A DNA stretch of 64,000 bases from the human T2T-CHM13v2.0 reference genome, Homo sapiens: assembly GCF_009914755.1 (NCBI RefSeq), contig NC_060926.1; one strand, 5' to 3'. Positions 14,735 to 30,407 of this stretch are shown in pieces. The position numbers and the translations under genes were made by a program. Within the stretch, counting starts at the first letter, position 1, and each line of letters begins with the position of its first letter. The notes below the pieces were generated by a model that ran no database searches, had not been told where the DNA came from, and worked only from the letters and a program-made list of their open reading frames with translations.

Positions 14735-15216
14735 TTATAGGTTCACATGCAGTTGTAAGAGAGGCTGTGTACTTAATATCCCCAAGGGCAGCACCTTGTG
14801 AAACTGCAGGACAGTCTCCCAGCCAGATACAGGGACGTGCCTCGCTGCAGTCACCACGGGGACCCCGCACGGCACCCTCCTACAGCACCCCCTTCCCTCT
14901 GCCCCGCTTCCTCCTGGATCCCTGGCAACCGTGAGTCTCTTCTCAGTTTCTGTAGTTTGGCCATCTCAGGAGTGTTGTATAAAGACAATCATACAGTAAG
15001 GAGCATTTTGGGGCTGGTATTTTTCAGTGAGTAGAGTCCCTAGTTCCTACAAGGTGCTGCGTGGGTCTATGGTGGGTTCCTCTTTGTGACAGGGCCGCGT
15101 TCCATGGCGGGCATGTGCCACAGTCTGTTTAACCATTCACCTGTTGAAGGATGTCCAGGCTGATTATCCTGTTTTGGGATATTATAGGTAAAGCTGCTGT
15201 AAACCTTGGTGTACAG

Positions 15217-15424
15217 CAAGCTTGTCCAACCCACAGCCCTGGGGCTGCATGTGGCCCAGGATGGCTTGAACGTGGCCCTACACAAATTCGTAAGCTTTCT
15301 TAAAACATCGTGAGATTTTTTTTTTTTTTTTGCTCACCAACTATTGTTAGTGTATTTTATGTGTGGCCCAAGGCAATTCTTCTTCCAATGTGGCCCAGGG
15401 AAGCCAAAAGACTGGACGGCCCCG
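15217..15424 (-). mobile_element. MER30-like hAT MITE
   Basis: caagcttgtccaaccc...gtggcccagggaagccaaaagactggac. Confidence 0.85.
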
Positions 15425-15506
15425 GTGCGTGTGAACACAGCTTTCCACTTCTCTGGAATAATTCCTAGAGTGCAGCTGCTGGGTGGTAGTGTGGTTGTAC
15501 GTTTAG

Positions 15507-15856
<350 letters not shown>

Positions 15857-16636
15857 TGGCTGCACCATTTCACATTGCCCCCTGTTTCCCCTCATGCCAG
15901 CATTTGGTGTTGGGATTTTGTTTTAGCCACCTTGATAGACAAGTCGTGATAGTTCACTGTGGGTTTTGTTTGCATTTCTCTAATGGCTAATGGCGTTGAA
16001 CATCTTTTCATGTGCTTATTTGCCGACTGTATATCCTCTTTAGTGAAATGTCTCTTCATGTTTTTGCCCATTTGCTACTTGGGCAGTTTGTTATTTTCCT
16101 GTTAAGTTCGGAGAGTTCTTTCTATATTCCCGACACTCTCCTTTGCTGGATTTGTGGCTGACAGATGCTTCCTCCCATCCTGTAGCTTGTCTTTGCATTT
16201 TCTTCACGGGGTCTTCTGCAGAGCAAAAGGTTTTAATTTTGGTGAAGTTCCATTGATCAGTTATTGCTCTTATAGATTGTACTTTGATGTTAGAATATCA
16301 AAGAATGATTTGCCTAGCCTTAGATCCTGAAGATTTTTCTTCCATTTTTTCTAAAAGTTTTGTAAGTTTACATTTTACATTGAAGCCCATGATCTATTTT
16401 GAGATAGTTTTTGTATGAGGTGTGGGGCTTATATTGGGGTTCATCTTTTTTGCCTATGGACGTCCTGTTGCTCCACACCGTTCATGGCACATGCTGTCTT
16501 CCCTCCACTGAATCGCTTTTGTACTTTTGTGAGAAAGCAGTTGAGTGTATCGGTGTAGATCTAGTTTCGGGTTCTCTGTTCTGTTCCATTGTATAATGTC
16601 TTAGAATTGGGTAGATTGATTCCTCCTATTTTATTC

Positions 16637-16675
16637 TTTTTTTTTTTTCTTTTTTTTTTTTTATTTTTTTATTTT

Positions 16676-16708
<33 letters not shown>

Positions 16709-19082
16709 GATCATTCTTGGGTGTTTCTCGCAGAGGGGGATTTGGCAGGGTCATAGGACAATAGTGGAGGGAAGGTCAGCAGATAAACAAGTGAACAAAG
16801 GTCTCTGGTTTTCCTAGGCAGAGGACCCTGCGGCCTTCCGCAGTGTTTGTGTCCCTGGGTACTTAAGATTAGGGAGTGGTGATGACTCTTAACGAGCATG
16901 CTGCCTTCAAGCAGGGCAGAGGGGCTCCTCACTTCCCAGTAGGGGCGGCCGGGCAGAGGCGCCCCTCACCTCCCGGACGGGGCGGCTGGCCAGGCGGGGG
17001 GCTGATCCCCCCACCTCCCTCCCGGATGGGGCGGCTGGTCGGGCGGGGGGCTGACCCCCCCCACCTCCCTCCCGGACGGGGCGGCTGGTCGGGCGGGGGG
17101 CTGACCCCCCCACCTCCCTCCCGGACGGGGCGGCTGGCCGGGCAGAGGGGCTCCTCACTTCCCAGTAGGGGCGGCCGGGCAGAGGCGCCCCTCACCTCCC
17201 GGACGGGGCGGCTGGCCAGGCGGGGGGCTGATCCCCCCACCTCCCTCCCGGACGGGGCGGCTGGCCGGGCGGGGGGCTGACCCCCCCCACCTCCCTCCCG
17301 GACGGGGCGGCTGGCCAGGTGGGGGGCTGACCCCCCACCTCCCTCCCGGATGGGGCGGCTGGCCAGGCGGGGGGCTGACCCCCCCACCTCCCTCCCGGAC
17401 GGGGCGGCTGGCCGAGCGGGGGGCTGATCCCCCCACCTCCCTCCCGGACTGGGCGGCTGGCCGGGCGGGGGGCTGACCCCCCCACCTCCCTCCCGGACGG
17501 GGCGGCTGGCCGGGCGGGGGGCTGATCCCCCCACCTCCCTCCCGGACTGGGCGGCTGGCCGGGCGGGGGGCTGACCCCCCCACCTCCCTCCCGGACGGGG
17601 CGGCTGGCTGGGCAGAGGGGTCCTCACTTCCCAGTAGGGGCGGCGGGGCAGAGGCGCCCCTCACCTCCCGGACGGGGCGGCCGGCCGGGCGGGGGGCTGA
17701 CCCCCCCACCTCCCTCCCGGACGGGGCGGCTGGCCGCGCAGAGGGGCTCCTCACTTCCCAGTAGGGGCGGCCGGGCAGAGGCACCCCTCACCTCCCGGAC
17801 GGGGCGGCTGGCCGGGCGGGGGGCTGACCCCCACCACCTCCCTCCCGGACGGGGCGGCTGGCCGGGCAGGGGGCTGACCCCCCCTCCCCCCTCCCGGACG
17901 GGGCGGCTGGCCGGGCAGAGGGGCTCCTCACTTCCCAGTAGGGGCGGCCGGGCAGAGGCGCCCCTCACCTCCCGGACTGGGCGGCTGGCCGGGCGGGGGG
18001 CTGACCCCCCCACCTCCCTCCTGGACGGGGCGACTGGCCAGGCAGAGGGGCTCCTCACTTCCCAGTAGGGGCGGCCGGGCAGAGGAGCCCCTCACCTCCC
18101 GGATGGGGCGGCTGGCCGGGCGGGGGGCTGACCCCCCCCACCTCCCTCCCGGACGGGGTGGCTGCCGGGCGGAGACGCTCCTCACTTCCCAGACGGGGTG
18201 GCTGCCGGACGGAGGGGCTCCTCACTTCTCAGACGGGGCGGTTGCCAGGCAGAGGGTTTCCTCACTTCTCAGACGGGGCGGCCGGGCAGAGACGCTCCTC
18301 ACCTCCCAGATAGGGTTGCGGCCAGCAGAGGCGCTCCTCACATCCCAGACAGGGCGGCGGGGCAGAGGTGCTCCCCACATCTCAGACGATGGGCGGCCGG
18401 GCAGAGACGCTCCTCACTTCCTAGATGGGAAGGCGGCGGGGAAGAGGCGCTCCTCGCTTCCTAGATGGGATGGCGGCCGGGCAGAGACGCTCCTCACTTT
18501 CCAGACTGGGCAGCCAGGCAGAGAGGCTCCTCATATCCCAGACGATGGGTGGCCAAGCAGAGACGCTCCTCACTTCCCAGACGGGGTGGCGGCTGGGCAG
18601 AGGCTGCAATCTCGGCACTTTGGGGGGCCAAGGCAGGCGGCTGGGAGGTGGAGGCTGTAGCGAGCCGAGATCACGCCACTGCACTCCAGCCTGGGCACCA
18701 CTGAGCACTGAGTGAACGAGACTCCGTCCGCAATCCCGGCACCCCGGGAGGCCGAGGCTGGCGGATCACTCGCGGCTAGGAGCTGGAGACCAGCCCGGCC
18801 AACACAGCAAAACCCCGTCTCCACCAAAAAAAAAAACGAAAACCAGTGAGGCGTGGCGGCGTGCGCCTGCAATCGCAGGCACTCAGCAGGCTGAGGCAGG
18901 AGAATCAGGCAGGGAGGCTGCAGTGAGCCGAGATGGCAGCAGCACCGTCCAGCCTTGGCTCGGCATCAGAGGGAGACCGTGGAAGGAGACCATGGAGGGA
19001 GAGGGAGACGGAGACGGAGACGGAGACGGAGACGGAGAGGGAGAGGGAGAGGGAGAGGGAGAGGGAGAGGGAGAGGGAGAGC
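16637..19082 (-). mobile_element. SVA retrotransposon (SVA_D-like), both ends present, internal SINE-R deletion
   Basis: Poly(T), SINE-R end, GC-rich VNTR about 16914-18590, Alu-like domain, CCCTCT hexamers; TSD tgattcctcctattttattc at 16617-16636 and 19083-19102. Confidence 0.97.
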
Positions 19083-19283
19083 TGATTCCTCCTATTTTAT
19101 TCTTTTTCAAAATTGTTTTAGCTATTCTAGTTCCTTTCTCTTTTCATATACACTTTAGAATAGCCGTGTCTATATCTACAAAAATTATTGTTATGATTTT
19201 GATAGAAATTGTGTTAAGCTTGTACTGTATATTAACTTGGGGGAGAATCAACATTTTTACTCTGTTGAGTCTCCCAATCTATA

Positions 19284-19603
<320 letters not shown>

Positions 19604-19754
19604 TGAAGACGACGTGTTTCTCTGTTTATTCAGATCTTTTTTGAGGTTTTCAGCAGCATTTTGTAGTTTTCAGCATGTAAGTTCTATATATGTTTTGTTA
19701 GATTTACACCTAAGTATTCCTTTTTTAAAGCAATTGTAAATGATATTATTTTGA

Positions 19755-20108
<354 letters not shown>

Positions 20109-21649
20109 ACTTGGTTTTTTAAATGTTTGCCTTGTATCCTGTCACCTGTCACACTGATTTAATAGTTTCCAGGAGCTCTTTTGTAGACTCTGGGATTTTC
20201 TAAGTAGACAACCATGTCATCTGCAACAAGGGACAGAGTTATTTTATTTTTCGAATCTACATGCTGTTTATTTCCTTTTCGGGCCCTGCTGGTGTGCCTA
20301 GAACTTTAGCACTGCATTGAGTAAGAGGTAAGAGTGGACACCCTTGCCTTGTCTTGATCTCAGGAAGGAAACATTCCATTTTTGCCCATGAAGTATGATG
20401 TTAGCTGTGGCTTTGCCTTTGACAGATGCTCTTTATCAAGTTGAGGAAGGTCCCCTGCACCTATTTTTCTGAGAGTTTTTATCATGAAAGGTGTTGGTTT
20501 ATGCCAAATGCTGTTTCTATATAAATTGAGATATTCATTTGATTTTCTTTGTTAGCTTGTTAATGGGTTTTTATCAAAGGAGCTTTGAATATTGACATAG
20601 CCTCACATTCCTGGATGAAACCCCATTTGGTCATAGTTGATAAATCTTTTTCTATATTGCTGAATTCTGTCTGTTAATATTTTATTAAGGATTTTCTCAT
20701 CTATATTCATGAGGGTTATTGGTCTATAGTGTTTTTGTTCTGTCTTTGTCTGGTTTTGGTATCAGGGTAATAATCAACTTTATAAAATGAATTGGTAAAT
20801 ATTCCCTCCTCTTCTATTTTCTGGAAGAGGATGTGTAGAATTGGTGTTAATTTTTCTTTAAACGTTTTGTAGACCCTCCTGTGAAACCATCTGGCCCTGA
20901 AATGTCTTTCTGGGGAGCGTTTAAATTGCAAGTTCAATTCCCTTCCTTGGCATAGGGCTGTTGAATTATCTGTTTCATGCTGGGCATGTTGTAGTTCGTG
21001 TTTTCAAGAAGTGGTTCATTTTGTCTAAGTTGTCAAATTTATGTATAACTTCAATAATACGTTTTAAATAAAGAATCCATTATTTTTCCTTAATTTTATT
21101 ATGTGTGTGGAATTTGTGTTTTTACAGTTTTATTTTATGATTTCTCAGTCTAAATAAATATTCACCTTTGAACCTAGCTTCTTATGATTGTAATTTTATA
21201 TGTATCTTTTTCTTAAAGAAGGTTCCGCTATCCCCCAAAACATGCAAGATTCGGGCTGCATAGAAGCTGGATCTGTCCAGCCCCTGACTAACATTTGTTT
21301 CTGGCATTAAATGAAACTTGCCTTTAAATGAAACTTAAATGCGTAGAGTGAGTTTCCGGACTCACGTGTGGCCAGGTCTCCACAGGCCGTGGTCAAGCTC
21401 TTGCTGACTTTTGAAGCGAAATCCCATATGAACAAAGGAAAGGAGATCAGTCAGCTGCCCTCGTTTCTGTCTGATTGGTGCCAGGTGATGAGCTTCCCTC
21501 CTCTTTATGCTCTTCTGAATTTCCACAGTAGTCATGCTTATTTTTTCAAAAAACGAAAAGAAAGAAGAGAAAGCCAAAAAAGAAACAAAATTGGGATGTT
21601 CGGGTTGGAGAGTTAGCAGGGGCATCTCCAGGAGGGTCCTGCCCCCCAC

Positions 21650-21855
21650 CCCAAAGCCGGCCTCAGGGAGTTCCAGGCGTTCCCACACTCCCCAGGCAGG
21701 ACGGTGGACGCAGCGCAGACAGGAAGCTCCCCGAGATAACGCTGCGGCCGGGCGGCCTGATTTGCTGGGCTGTCTGATGGCCCGGGCCGAGGCTTCTCCC
21801 TGCGCCTGGGACTGCGGCCGCCTCTCTAAATAGCAGCCATGAGGCGCCTGGGGGC
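21650..21855 (+). promoter_or_regulatory. COLEC11: COLEC11 main promoter (CpG-rich, TATA-like TAAATA 21827-21832)
   Basis: CpG cluster; TAAATA about 29 nt before the inferred TSS. Confidence 0.7.
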
Positions 21856-21912
21856 AGTGTCCTCGCGGGCCAGCGACGGGCAGGACGCCCCGTTCGCCTA
21901 GCGCGTGCTCAG
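21856..21912 (+). other. COLEC11: COLEC11 non-coding exon 1 (start approximate)
   Basis: ...cgcctagcgcgtgctcag|GTAGGA donor at 21913; agrees with recalled mRNA 5'UTR. Confidence 0.75.
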
Positions 21913-23022
21913 GTAGGAGACTCTGCCCGGGGCTGCAGCTGAGGGTTTCACGGGGCTATGACAGTGCAGAGGGGAGGCAGGCAGGCTTCCAAACTGGGCG
22001 CGAGGTGGGCTCCTGCTGAGCGAGGAGGATGGGAATCTGTCCCTAGATCCAGGCAAAAGATTGAGTCTCAATAAATCTGGCACCAGAGTTCCAAAGTTTG
22101 ATTAGTTCATGGCGGAAATTCGTGGAGCCTATTGATGAGATGGGATCCGACCCATGAGAGGTGCTGGATGATGGAGTCACCCTCTTGGGTGGCAGATTTC
22201 AAACAGCCCAAGGCCCAGGGGGCTAAACAGTCTTCGCTAATTCCAAACCGCAGTGCAGTACCTGGTCTCACAACCTGACGATTGTTCCTGAGCCTGAGCA
22301 GCGTCTGACGGGCCAGGCGGACAGCAGCCACGACTGCCCCCAGGGACCAGTGGCTCTGTGTTGGGCTCAGGAACGGGGATCAGAGAGGTGGGGGAAAGGT
22401 GGGCCTTGCTTTGGCAACTTTCCAGGGAAAGACTTTGAGTTCAGATGGGGTCATCTAAAACCAAGTGGGGTCATCTTGTCTCCAAAATTGGAAAGGAGGA
22501 AAGTTTCCTAGGGCCGCTGCCTCCTACCTGGATGCCTTGCGCTAGGAACTGGCGGTCTTTTTAGAGCTGAGGTGATGTGGTCGTTCTCAATTTAAAGATG
22601 AACGTTTAAAGCCATCTCATGTGCATAGCTGGAATTTTGGTTTGATGGGAAGCACTTTGCCTGTGGTAGGCAGAGCACTGCCCCAATCTTTCACAGCTAT
22701 TCGATTTTGTTTACAATTTTGAAAAATCCATGTACCGTAGAAGAGAGCACACCGGTAATGTGCTGACCGCTGGGGGAAGATAAGAGAGGATAGGTGCCTT
22801 CTTACTCTGTGCTCTTGGTAAGAAGCTAAGAGGAGCGTGTGCTGTTGTGGGTGGAATCCAGGCTGCCCCAGAAGGTGCTCTGTCACTGTAGGGAGGGAAA
22901 CACCGCGGTGGGGCTGGGGCAGTCCCCAGTGAGAGGAACCTCCTCATGCTTCAGGGATGTGGTTCTTAGGAGGTATTTGTGGTGCCTGTAAGATGCTGGG
23001 CCTTGCTGTAGATACTTAATGA

Positions 23023-23381
<359 letters not shown>

Positions 23382-23787
23382 CCATTGTTTATTTCATTCA
23401 TAACATGTATTTCCTCTCAGGATTCCACGTTTAACCCCCTCTCCCCTGCTTGTCAAGTCTGCCCCTTCCATTGATGGGAGGGCCCTGAGCGTCTTGGGCC
23501 CTGGCTGGGAGATAAGGATGTTGTTCTTAAAGAGGTCCTGGGGGTAGCTGTGGCTTCTCCGTTTACAAAATGGAATTCCTCTTCTAAGAAGGCAGTCAGA
23601 GGGCGAGACCTCTGGGAAGCAGAGACTCCTTCGGGCGCCTGGGTGCCCTCACCCTGTGCCTACCTGCCCTGGTTCCTGCTGTGCGTCTGAGAGCGCCCCG
23701 CTGCAGGGCCTGTGCCTCCTTTGTGCCCATAGGCCTAGCTGGGGCCCCTCGCAGGAAAGTGGACAGAAACTCTGTGAATGGGCAGCG

Positions 23788-24237
23788 GGGTCAGTGAATG
23801 AGTGGAGCGAGTGAAGGCATGAGAAATCCCAGCCTGGGCTGTTCCGGGGATCAGTGGATGAGTGAAGTGAGGGAAGGCACAAGAAATCCCAGCCTGTGCT
23901 GCTCCGGGGTCAGTGAATGAATGGAGTGAAGGCACAAGAAATCCCGGCCTGGGCTGCTCCGGGGTCAGTGAATGAATGGAGTGAAGGCACGAGAAATCCC
24001 AGCCTGGGCTGCTCCGGGATCAGCAGATGAGTGTGAGTGAAGGCACGAGAAATCCCACCTGGGCTGCTCTGGTGTCAGTGAATGAATGGAGTGAAGGCAT
24101 GAGAAATCCCACCTGGGCTGCTCCGGGGTCAGCGGATGAATGGAGTGAAGGCACGAGAAATCCCGCCTGGGCTGCTCTGGGATCAGCAGATGAGTGTGAG
24201 TGAAGGCACGAGAAATCCTGCCTGGGCTGCTCTGGGT
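23788..24237. repeat. Minisatellite, about 55-bp unit x 8
   Basis: Core gtgaaggcacgagaaatcccagcctgggctgct repeated 8 times. Confidence 0.95.
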
Positions 24238-24649
24238 TTCTCTGCTCACTACTCACCCCTTTTCTTGGGAGACGGAGCCTGATCTTTGTTGAAGCCACTC
24301 CTGGGACATATGCGGAGTGAGGGCAGTAAAAGCCTTGCTGAACACCTGGTTATACCTGAACAGAATCACTTCTAGCTAGAGGGGAAATTCCCATGTCAGC
24401 CTTTGATTCCTGAGACATTAAAAAAAAAAAAAACTAAACCCAGTTTGCATCCAGCAAACACTGAGAAGTGAGGTTCGACTTGCGTACTGAGTGGGTGGGG
24501 AGGAAGAGTTTACTATTGCTTTCAGAAGCCACATACCACAAGGAGCCAAAATACTGCTGCTGAGGCAGGAGCCGGGGAGACTATGGTTATGAGCCCAGTG
24601 GACCAGCACGTCTGGCTACAAACCTTGTGGTGCCCCTTGTTTTGACATT

Positions 24650-25011
<362 letters not shown>

Positions 25012-25419
25012 TGACAGCAGGGCAGTAACCCACGTCTGCAGACTGCCTGCCCTGGAAATACTGTGTAGACATTAGATATAATAAAGATTTGGAAACACGG
25101 AAACACCACGAGGAGAAGAGCAGAAGGCTCTATTTGCGATGCAATTGTGAACTTTCGTTCTGTTGTTTGTTCCTTTATTTACTCATTCACTTGTTCACTC
25201 AGTTTGGTGCCTGCTAAACTGCAGGCTTCTGCGTGCCCAGAGACCTTTACGAAGCTGTAGCTTGCACAGATCACTTGCATGTGGACCCAAGCCTGGCAGG
25301 GAACAAGGAAGGTGGGAGGAGTGAAGTCAGCTGGTGGGGTCCTGGGTTTCCGCTTTTCGGTTGCCCTTATTGTTCTAATACCCGCGTGAGCACAGGGGAG
25401 AAGGGTGTGGGCACAGGCA

Positions 25420-25530
25420 GCGGGTGAGGGGTGTGGAGAGGAGGCTGGAGGCGGACCGTGGGTGAGGGGTGTGGAGAGGAGGCTGGAGGCGGGCCGTGGG
25501 TGCGGGGTGTGGAGAGGAGGCTGCAGGCGG
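25420..25530. repeat. G-rich tandem repeat, about 38 bp x 3
   Basis: gggtgaggggtgtggagaggaggctggaggcgg repeated. Confidence 0.85.
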
Positions 25531-26699
25531 AGTGCCCAGCTGCGTGGCCTGGTGGTGGAGTTGGGGCCGATTGTTCAACTTTCCATATTGCATTGTCTTT
25601 AGAGTGAGGAACTGTAATAAGGTACAAGGTTGTTTTGGGAATTAAATCAGATATGTGTCCACATTTGGTATACAACGTATATTGGCTCCTTGTTCTCTCC
25701 ATCAAAAACCTATTTTTAAAAATCCCTTACATCGTGACTGAAGGAGGAAGGTGAGCCCTTCCTTTGATGCATGGGGAGAGGGTAGTCGGGCAGAAAGAGG
25801 AAAGCAGCCAACAGTGCTGGGAAGCCCTGGATTTCAGTCCCACCCTCACCACACACTGGTTACGCAATGCTGGGAAGCGTTCTTAATTTTTCTTTTCTTT
25901 GGCTTCCTCATCTGTGACGAGTGCGTGATGGTGCTGATCTCTGTGCAGTGTATGGGAGTTATTTTCCTCCAACCCAGTGGACGTTCTGTACCCCTGTCCT
26001 TTACAAAGTCATTTCTGTAAGGGGCTCTGCAGGAAGAAGCCAGGTCCTCATCTGGTGCGCGATGACCCACACCACAGGACGGCACTGAATGGAAACGGGT
26101 TTCCCTGTACCCATTCTGCGGGAGAATTGACTGACACAGAGGCACTGTGCGGGGGACAGGCATTCTCAGATGAGGAACCCTGGCTTCTAGCCCTTTCCCT
26201 GGACTGGGAGCCCATGCATGTGATCACAGTAGGATCAGGAGCTGCCATTTGGTGAGCATTTGCTATGTGCCACACTGGGTCACGGTGCCACACGCATTAA
26301 TTACCGCTGCAATCCCTTCAAATAGCCTATCTCCATATTAAGAGAAGGGGAGGGGCTTGCAAACGGCATGTGGTGTGGCCAAGGTGCTGGTAAGTGGTTC
26401 AGTGGATTTGTAGCTGTCCCTCACCCACTGCCCTCAGGATGCCAAGTCCCGGGAGGTCTCTGGGCAGTGCCATGGCCCCTCCATGGCCCAGGGAGGCAAG
26501 CACTGGCCTACTGGCCCCACAGTCATGAGGGTGAGCTCCACGCCACCAGCTGTGCCCTTCCTCTCCCAGCACCCGTCAGTGGCATGCAGTCTGCCTTAAT
26601 AAGATTAGATAATCCATAAGCTACAACTACATAAAGTTGAATATAAAGACACTGAAGACTATGGATACTGTGCTGTGATATCTTATAAAACTCAAAAGC

Positions 26700-27300
<601 letters not shown>

Positions 27301-28044
27301 CGTGACAGAATATGGTTTAAGAACGCATAATGTGTAGGAATGCTGCTTAAACCCCGCCAGAGGAGAAGTTCGCATTCAGGATGGCGTCCCCCAGGGGAGG
27401 GCGCGTGGATGGGAGCGGGGCTGGGGCTTTGGGGCCGGTGAGGCAGGTGCACTCACCAGTGTCTGCTGTGTGGTTAGACCTCGTCATTGTGTAGTTGTAT
27501 ACACACATTAACTCCTAATGAACTAGAAAGTGAACATCAAAAATGACACCTCGAGGTATTAATAATTGTTGAAGCTGGGCAATGGGTATATGGAAGTTCA
27601 TGGTACTGCTTTTGTGTGTATCTGACATTTTCCATTATAAATGTTAAGAATGATGAGAGCCTCAGCAGGACAATGCCCGGCCCCGTGATGGCTGTGTCAC
27701 TGCACGGGGCGGGCTCCCATCCACGCCCCTTCTCAGAAGAGTCGGGAGCCCCCACTTTCCTCTTGGCCTTTCCACTCCTGTGCTTTGTGAAGTCATCTCT
27801 ACTTCTGATTCCTCGTGGATTCTTGTAGGATGTTTGAAGAAAGGGGGATGTGGGCAGTTTCTGAATTAACCCCTTTTTCCACCACCCTTCCCACACGGGC
27901 AGGGGGCCTCGGAGTGGTGGCAGTGGAGCCGGGATTTGAGTAGGGTCGCCGTGGACAGGGTGGTGTGCGGACCATGTAGACCATCATAGTGTAGCCAAAG
28001 CTCATGGGTTTACTTTTTGTGACTTTGAGCTTTTGGATTTTTCT

Positions 28045-28333
<289 letters not shown>

Positions 28334-29099
28334 CTTTGTGCTTTATAGTACCTTTTTTCCCCCGAGCCATTCTTGGACATCCGGGATGAGAGACGGGTTC
28401 AGCTTTAAGGTCTGTAGGTTTTCACAGAGGTAGGATTTAAGTTCTGTCATCTTCGGCAAGTGAAGCTCTCCCACCCGCATGCCCAAGCCCTGGCTCCGCC
28501 CTAACTCTAATCCTCTCTCCCTTCCCGCCCCGCCCCTTCATCAACCCTTGCCTCAGTGGAAACGGACATTTAACATGGAATGTTCATGGCAGTAACCCTA
28601 GCCGTCTCCACGTCATCTTTTTGTCTGTGACCATTGGAGGCGATTTTTTTCAGATTTGGGAGAAGGATTTCAAATGACTTCCCTTCGAGCTGCAGGGCTA
28701 TCTTGGGCATCTTGACCTCCACACATTTCTGGGAGAACTCCTCGTGCAGCAGGACATCAGGTGGCAAAGGTGGGCTCTCGCCAGCCAGAGGCGGGGTCTC
28801 TGTAGACTCCATGGGGCCCTGGCTTTCGGGATCTGTCCGGACCACCCTCCCCTGGCTTTTGTAGCAGGGCTCTCACGGGGCTGTTGATGTGGGAAGCCCC
28901 CCACCACAGATGGCCTTTCTCTAGCAGCTAAGGTGACCTTCATTTTGGACCTGAGAGGGCCAGCTGGCTTGGAATTGTGGGAGAGAAAATGGAGGGTACC
29001 CTGACCCCCAAGCCTTGCAAACCGAACCATTGCTCCACCCACTGGGTCACATAGGAGTCTATAGTGTCTCAGACTCGGAAAGTTGAACCCGAGCCCCTG

Positions 29100-29800
29100 A
29101 CTTCACTTCACCTCCTCAGTTCTGTTTCTCAGCAGCTGGCTGCACTGTTCACCTGGCTGCTCAGAACAAAAGCTTTAATCTTTGATTTCTCTCTGTCATT
29201 TCCCACATAACTGATCAGCAAAACCTGTCAGCTTTGCTTCCAGACTGCATCCCATACCTCTGTCATCACCTCCACCCACACGTGGGGTCCAGCTGCCATC
29301 CTCGCCCGCTGTGCTGTTGTGGTCACCCTGGCTTGGTCTCCTTGCTTCCGTTGCTGTTCCCCTAAGTCCCGTCTCAAGAGCAGGGAGACCCTTTTGTAAA
29401 GCCGCTCGCTGATCCAGACCCTCTGTCTCATACAGAGCAACCCCCAAAGCTGCTGGGCGCCGGCTCCTGTCTCCTGTCCTCTGTGCCCACCAGGCCAGCC
29501 CACCTCTCCCCGCACTGTCCGGCATGCACTGCCTCAAGGCTTTCTCTGAGCCGCCCTCACCCACCTGTCAGCGAGGCTTCCCTGGCAACCATCCTGAACA
29601 GCAGCATGTGTCCCGGCCACTGGACTCTGCCTCACTCTTCCCCACGGCGCTTACCCCTGCCTCTGTCTGTCTCTGTCTGTCTGTCTGTCTGTCTCTTCCA
29701 ATAGGAATAAAAACATAAATGTTCTTGCTCTACTCCTGGTGCCTAGAGCTGTGCCTGACATTTGGTCGGCATCCACAAATGTTTCTGAACGAATGATTAA
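29100..29800 (+). mobile_element. Diverged L2 fragments with a (TCTG)n tract at 29661-29695
   Basis: cctggtgcctagagctgtgcctgac...aaatgtttctgaacgaatga L2 tail. Confidence 0.6.
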
Positions 29801-30049
29801 CCAAACGAAAGGCTGCCAGGAAGTATCCGGAAGCATGGCCTTTGGGATGGACAGATGCTCCTGTGGCTTCCATGCTCTGCGGAGCCCCAGTCCCAGCTCG
29901 CCACGGCTCTTTATCAGCTGTGCTCCAGGGCTGCTGTCCGCACTCTGCCCTTCTGGCCTGTCCCTCTCTCCCCTCCTGTCCCTTTCCCTCTGTTTCCCGG
30001 GCCTCTCCCTTCAAGTTGAGTAGTTTCCATTGCCCTCTTTGTTTTCCGA

Positions 30050-30361
30050 GTTTTATTTATTTATTATATTTTATTTTTTTTTGGGACGGAGTCTCGCTGT
30101 CATGCAGGCTGGAGTGTAGTGGCGTGATCTCAGGTCACTGCAACCTCCGCCTCCTGGGTTCAAGCAGTTCTCCTGCCTCAGCCTCCCAAGTAGCTGGGAT
30201 TAGAGGTGCCCGCCACCACACCCAGCTAATTTTTGTATTTTTAGAAGACATGCGGTTTCACCATGTTGTCCAGACTGGTCTCGAACTCCCGACTTTAGGT
30301 GATCTGCCCACCTCAGCCTCCCAAAGTGCTGGAATTACAGGTGTGAGCCACTGCGCCTGGT
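30050..30361 (-). mobile_element. AluS-like SINE
   Basis: Antisense dimer. Confidence 0.92.
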
Positions 30362-30391
30362 CTTGTTTTCCAAGTTGTAACGCCCTTCACG

Positions 30392-30407
30392 ATGAAGAAA
30401 CAAAGAG
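30392..30407 (+). CDS. COLEC11: Candidate COLEC11 alternative exon, coding part (MKKQR-G), N-terminal extension
   Basis: ATG AAG AAA CAA AGA G|GTCAGC; joined to 31061 it reads [14 protein letters not shown] in frame with the main ATG. Confidence 0.5.

Noticed and set aside
16905-16925. SVA internal deletion as a splicing product
   Set aside because: An AG lies near the downstream breakpoint (aacAG-atgctt), but the junction is 1 nt off and there is no GT donor at the other end
21823-21833. MEF2 site at CTAAATAG
   Set aside because: Too short for CTA(A/T)4TAG; position fits a TATA-like box better
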